Shown here piece after piece: positions 58,650 through 64,000 of a DNA stretch of 64,000 nucleotides. Below the pieces are notes generated by a model. The model did not search any database. It was not told the origin of the DNA and worked only from the letters and a program-made list of their open reading frames with translations. Origin of the DNA: Oculina patagonica (lineage: Eukaryota). Position 1 is the stretch's first letter, and every line of letters starts with the position of its first letter. The stretch covers positions 16,926,001 through 16,990,000 of the forward strand of contig NC_135763.1 in the NCBI RefSeq assembly GCF_052425735.1. Direction: 5' to 3'. A program made the position numbers and the translations under genes.

Positions 58650-59315
58650 TTTGATACCCTTCACCGAATGCACAAGAAATTGACTTCCACGTTTTTGCCT
58701 CAGTCTGATAAAAGAGACACAAAACATAAAGTAATAATTACAGCAAAGTCGAAATCTTACCTTTCTGATTTGTTTAGTACAAAAAGGTAATTTGATTGAA
58801 ATTAAGTCAAGTTACGTTTAATGGAAGTATGGCTTTGATGAAAGGAAAGTTGGATCAGCAGATCTAATTTTTACTGATAGTCAGAATACCTGAATAGCCA
58901 ACAAAGATTGTTCATTAGTCTGAAAATTCAAGGAAACGTTCTTGTTGGAAATATATCGAATTGAATCATCGGAAACGGTGCAATACCCAGCTGCTCAGCT
59001 AGCGCGGTTTTACTTGCGCGGGTGTTTGGAAAAATCCCGCCATCAATTTTACCTTTCTGAGTTATAAAGCAGACAACCGTTTCGAGAAAGCTACGCACAT
59101 ATATTTCTCAAGGCATTTAATCGTAAATTAAAAATAATATATATCTTACCAGAAGACAATGAGGTGATCAGTGGAGTTCGCTGTCAGGTTCGGATGCTTT
59201 CCAGAACAGACCGCTGGAAGGAATTTCACTGCGAAGAGTTGTTTCTACAGACTGAAATTGGTTTCGATACAGGAATCTGGGATCTGGAAATCTAACTTTG
59301 ATCTTGTGAAGCGGC

Positions 59316-59689
59316 CAGCCCCTCTTCGTATGCCAAGTCGACCTGGCTATTTGCAGTGAATTTTCGGCTTTAAGGTGTTCCGGGTTGGAACACCTAGGCT
59401 GTTAAGCACCGGCTTCTTTTTTTCTTCTCTGCAAATGAGTGAGACAAATGCAAATTACGCAAGCTGAAAGACGAACATTGAGATGATAATAAGACAAAAC
59501 GTCAGCCCCTCTTCGTATGCCAAGCCGACCTGGCTATTTACAGTGAATTTTCGGCTTTAAGGTGTTCCGGGTTGGAACACCTAGTCTGTTCCGCACCGGC
59601 TTCCTTTTTCCTTCTCTGCAAATGAGTGATACAAATGCAAATTACGCAAGTTGAAAGACAAACCTTGAGATGATAATGAGACAAACGTC
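59316..59689. repeat. Direct tandem duplication of a ~187-bp unit upstream of the GPCR
   Basis: CAGCCCCTCTTCGTATGCCAAG.CGACCTGGCTATTT begins at 59316 and 59503. The two units are highly similar. Confidence 0.85.
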
Positions 59690-60666
59690 CGGTAAAGTGC
59701 ATCAAAAGAACAGAAACCCAGCAAACAAATGATTTCAGCCAATGAAGAACCTTAATCTTTTCTTGCTTTCTTTGGAGTTAATTTCTGATAATGAAGGGAA
59801 AATTTGGCGTGGAGGAAGTCTTTATACAAAAGCTATTTTCAACACCACAAAATACCACTTGATAGCGAAAGCAAAGTGGGCGTAAGTCATGAAAACCAAT
59901 CCTAGGAGTTATAGTACTGAGATATATGTATGTGGTTTGTTTCAAAAGACTTCAGAACCACAAATCCCAGTCTTTTTGTCCAAAAAAGAGAGGAAAGTTG
60001 GAATGCTTCCTGGCCGTGATCAGTCGTAAAGAGCAATTTATCTGTTGTGGAGTTAATTTCACAGAATCAAAGGAAAACATTTTTTAAATGAATAAAAATG
60101 ATTTTGATAAAGGAAAAAGGGGATCAGAAATCAAAAGCGGCCAAATCTTCATCAGGCTAATACCAAATAAATAAATAAAAAATTATTAAATGTTCGATGT
60201 CGGAGTGGGATTTTTTTTTGAAGGCGTGCTGCTTTCTGCCAATCTTCAATTGTAATGATAGGAAGTAGTTTATATTGTTAATCATTCAAACGGTCACGTA
60301 CTTTACGTAAACAGGGCCAATAAGTCCGGTAACGATTATCAACACATTCAGGTTTTCCGAAGAGTTGAACACCTACAATTAGAAATTAAGGAAGTAATAT
60401 TCTTCTTTAACGATTGAAAGGGAATTTTATTTTGTAAAGAGAGACTTCAATGAATATACCGCAAAACGGGACTAGAATTGAATGAAGAAGTACATTTGAA
60501 GAAACAAGACAGATTGCAAAGTATAAAACGAAGATAAATAGGAGATAAATAATTGTGGTAATTGAATTAAAAAATTTGCGCAATTTTCTGACCATGTGCT
60601 TAGTTTTTCGATCAGTTGATCATGAATTGGTTTCTTAATGAACTTCTAATGTTATCTATTAAAATA

Positions 60667-60841
60667 CAGTCAACTCTCGCCTTGCGGACACCCCGCTATT
60701 GCGGACACTCGCTATTACGGACAAAATCTAGATCCCCGGCGAAAGAGGTTTGACTGGAAATGACTCCCGCTATTACGGACTCTCGCTATAACAGACACTA
60801 AACGACGCCCCGAGCGTGTCCGCTATAACAAGAGTTAACTG
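60667..60841. mobile_element. Tc1/mariner-type MITE (TA TSD)
   Basis: TA|CAGTCAACTCTCG...CAAGAGTTAACTG|TA with internal CGCTATT.CGGAC repeats. Confidence 0.75.
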
Positions 60842-61832
60842 TATTTGGTATGTATATTTGGGAGGTGCATAATGCGCTTCCTGCCCTTTTTGACTGAAAT
60901 TTCTTCCTACAGGCAGGAAGCTATCTGCACAAGGAAACGTGTCGTGTTCATCAGTTCATCGGTTTTATTACCAAACCGAAGTTTGTTTTATGTCCTCTTT
61001 TTTGTGAATACAAACAATTTATAAACATTTATTCACTATCGATCGCTTTTCATTCAGATTCTTTTGAATGCAACATGATTCAATAAATCATAGTTTATTT
61101 AAAAAATAAACAGAAACTTAAGAATAACAAAAACTGTTTAGTAATGGAAAAAGTTTCAACACAAAACATGGTTAAATAAGAGCTGCAGCTATAATTTTTT
61201 ATAATTTTCAAACGTCACTTTCAAAAGAAGTATGAACAAAACTTTTCTTTCGCTCAGATAGAAGCTGTTGTTGTAAATGACAACTCTCTCTTCGAATTAG
61301 TAAATGAAAAACCGAAATGAAAACTAAAACAACTTTTTAACTGGAAAATGTAATGATTAAAGGAACATTGTCCCGACTGATTATCGAAATTTCTGTTTCC
61401 TAATTTTCAAATTACATAACCAAATGCTAAAAAGGTTATACAGTAATTTTTAATTTAGCTGGTAGCTTAATGTAAGCTTAAAATAGAACAATTTTTTTGT
61501 GGAAGAAGTACAGGTTACAAGGATGGAAGTGGCTTTTAGCTCATCATATTTGATTTTACGACAGGATGTTAAGAAATCAAACGTTCCATTCTGGTGAAAT
61601 GTTGAATCTTTGGTCATATATTTTTCTATTTAGTTGATATTTTTTCCTTTTACCACTTTAGGTGCTTTGGTCTTTCAATTTCAAGATAATAAAGCAAGTT
61701 AAAACATTTCGTAGCCAGCCTCATAGATTAAAAACGTTCATAGCCAGCTCGCAGCCGAACTTATGAAAACACCATATATCAGCCACTGTCCCTTTAGATT
61801 CGACTGACAGAGCCAAGAAACATTTGAAACTT

Positions 61833-62150
61833 AGGCCCCGTCTAAATTAATCTGGATAAATTGGAAAATGGAGAAATTTAAAAACACCGTATAAAATATT
61901 TTCCATCCACACAAGTCCGAATAAATTTGAAAACACATCTACTTATTTTTGGTCGAAAACGGACAAAATGCTTTTTCAAATTTCCACTTTGAAGAGCGTT
62001 CTCGAAAAGTTCCATTTTCAACATGTTTTCGTCCGACACTAAAACGCAAATCCGGCGTTTTAAAATTTATCTACTTTGAATAGCGTTTTTAAAAAGTCAG
62101 TTCTGTTTTCGGTGGACATTTTATCCGGATTAGTGTGAACGGTTGGCCCT
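61833..62150. mobile_element. Harbinger-like MITE (decayed)
   Basis: GGCCCCGTCTAAATTAATCTGGATAAA is mirrored by TTTATCCGGATTAGTGTGAACGGTTGGCC. Confidence 0.45.
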
Positions 62151-63033
62151 TATGGAGAACCTGGCTAACCTGCGTCAAAATTTTAAAATTGTACTTTTTC
62201 TTTCAAAAAAACACAGACGTATGTAAGGTTATTCCACTGAAAAAAAACCTGCACTGATATTTTAAATAAAAATGGGGGGTGCCTATGCTCGTTTAGAAGC
62301 GGCAGCACCTTATGTATAGTTACCCAATAAACTCTTATAACATCACCATGATTATAGTCACGATTGCTTGCTAAATTCACGTTTCCGAAGATTTATTCTT
62401 ATTCTACACTGAGAATTAGTCCATATTTATTTTACAGAAAGAAAGTTAGGTCATCGTACTCGTTTTGGAGAAAATAACGATTTACCTCTCTGGCGAGGTC
62501 CAGCCGTAAAGAAAAAGCCGCCATTTTGTAATGCGCGCGCTACTCACGCGTGAAATTTCGTGCAGCAGGAATGCGCAATGCAATACTGGGGAATTACCTT
62601 AATCCCTTTTTGCAAAGGCTTTTGAAAATTTGCGTTTCTGTGCTGTAGTCGAAATCTAGTCAGTCGGATACAAGGGATTTTTGACAGCCCGTACGCGTAG
62701 GTAAGTCATTTAAAAAAAAAATGAAGACAAGAACAATCCTTACCACTTCAGAGATAAATGTAGAAGCTTCACCACTAGCTTAGCTTGCAATTTAAGCGAC
62801 CTGCTCTTTACGAAGCGAAACAGAGCAAAATACTTTCAATTTCACCTGTTCGGTTAGGAATATGTTCCTAACCAGCTGTGCTTTCCTTCTTCGCAAATGC
62901 AGCACTTATACAAGCCCCTTTAATTGCACAAGAACTCAAGCGGAAAATCCAACAATGTGTAAGAACAGAGATAGATTGCGTATAGTGCGTCAAAGGCACC
63001 GAAACAAGCACATTTAAATTATATCAGCTAAAA

Positions 63034-63190
63034 CAGGGACGGCGGAGCCGGGGGGCTGGGGGCTTTAGCCCCCCCACTTTTTCCGAAAAATAAAGACTTA
63101 CTAAGAGAAGAGTCTCTTAAGCTCCCCACTTCAAGTCACTAGTCAGCCCCCCCCCCCCCCCTAACCTGGGAAAATGTTCCGCCGTCCCTG
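63034..63190. mobile_element. hAT-like MITE
   Basis: TIRs CAGGGACGGCGGA / TCCGCCGTCCCTG, with TAAAA on both flanks. Confidence 0.7.
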
Positions 63191-64000
63191 TAAAAGCGAA
63201 TCAAGGTAATATTTATCAGCTAACTATTGATGATATATACTATAAATATTTTTAAATTAATTAAAATTATTGAACAGGGGGTAAATAATTAATACTGAAG
63301 GATTCAACGGGTTCAGAAAAAAGGTGAATAATATGGTGTTAGCAAAAAAAGGATCGAAATAAGACTGCGAAAGAAAACATTAACGACCAAGGTAAACACG
63401 CTACTGGAAATTTCGCGACTGTTCTTTGAAAAGCTGTTGTCATTGGATGGTTTTGTTGTTACTATATGTAAATTGGGGCAGGGGGGGGGGGGGGGCTGTA
63501 GCCCCCCAAACGCAAAGTTTTGGTGCCAAAAACACCGTGAGCGCAGCGTAAAATTGGTTTGTCAAGATATTCCGTCTCGTGAGTGAGTTCAAACATCTTC
63601 GAAACTATTTTTGCTAATGAGCTCATTCCATAGAATATATCAGGGAGTACTTTTAACTATGAATATACCGCATAAAAATAGATTGGGTAATGGCAAATTC
63701 AAAGATGATTGTTAGGCGGAGACATGAAATACACTTCAGAAAAAGAACTCGTGGAAAATAATTCAAAATATTCTATCGAATTTCAATTCTCCTTATTTTT
63801 CTGAGGCATTCATTGAGTGTGTTAGGACCAGTCATGAATTGAACACTGTTTAGATAAGATTCAGCTCACTCGGGGCTAACCGAAAGACAATTAGTAAGCG
63901 AGGGAAACTGTAAATGTAAAGAAGATACTATGTAAAGAAGATACTCTGAACTATCGACAGAGGTTAGTCGGATGAGCGGAGATAGCAGAAAACAAACGAT

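Overview
Eukaryotic, AT-rich, repeat-dense genomic DNA. It is most likely a cnidarian such as a stony coral; this is inferred from the gene families and repeat types, not from a database search. The window is a cluster of membrane-receptor genes embedded in transposon debris. (1) Two tandem paralogs encode a signal peptide, Pmp-like (GGA[I/L/V]/FxxN) beta-helix repeats, a Cys-rich stalk and a multi-pass membrane domain. One is intact (~1393 aa). The other has an intact ectodomain but is frameshifted exactly at the ectodomain/TM boundary and then truncated. (2) Three 4-exon gustatory-receptor-like (GRL, 7TM ion channel superfamily) genes each have three phase-0 C-terminal introns; two are on the minus strand and one is inverted. 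(3) A 2-coding-exon class A GPCR has non-canonical motifs. Mobile DNA includes a near-complete L2/CR1-group LINE ORF2, a 4.5-kb foldback element with 1.15-kb TIRs and TTAA flanks, Penelope-like remnants with minimal hammerhead ribozyme motifs, an element capped by inward-facing (GGGTCGT)n arrays, a ~204-bp satellite interleaved with a duplicated LINE fragment, SINEs and many MITEs. Exon structures were assembled by hand from GT-AG sites and reading-frame continuity.
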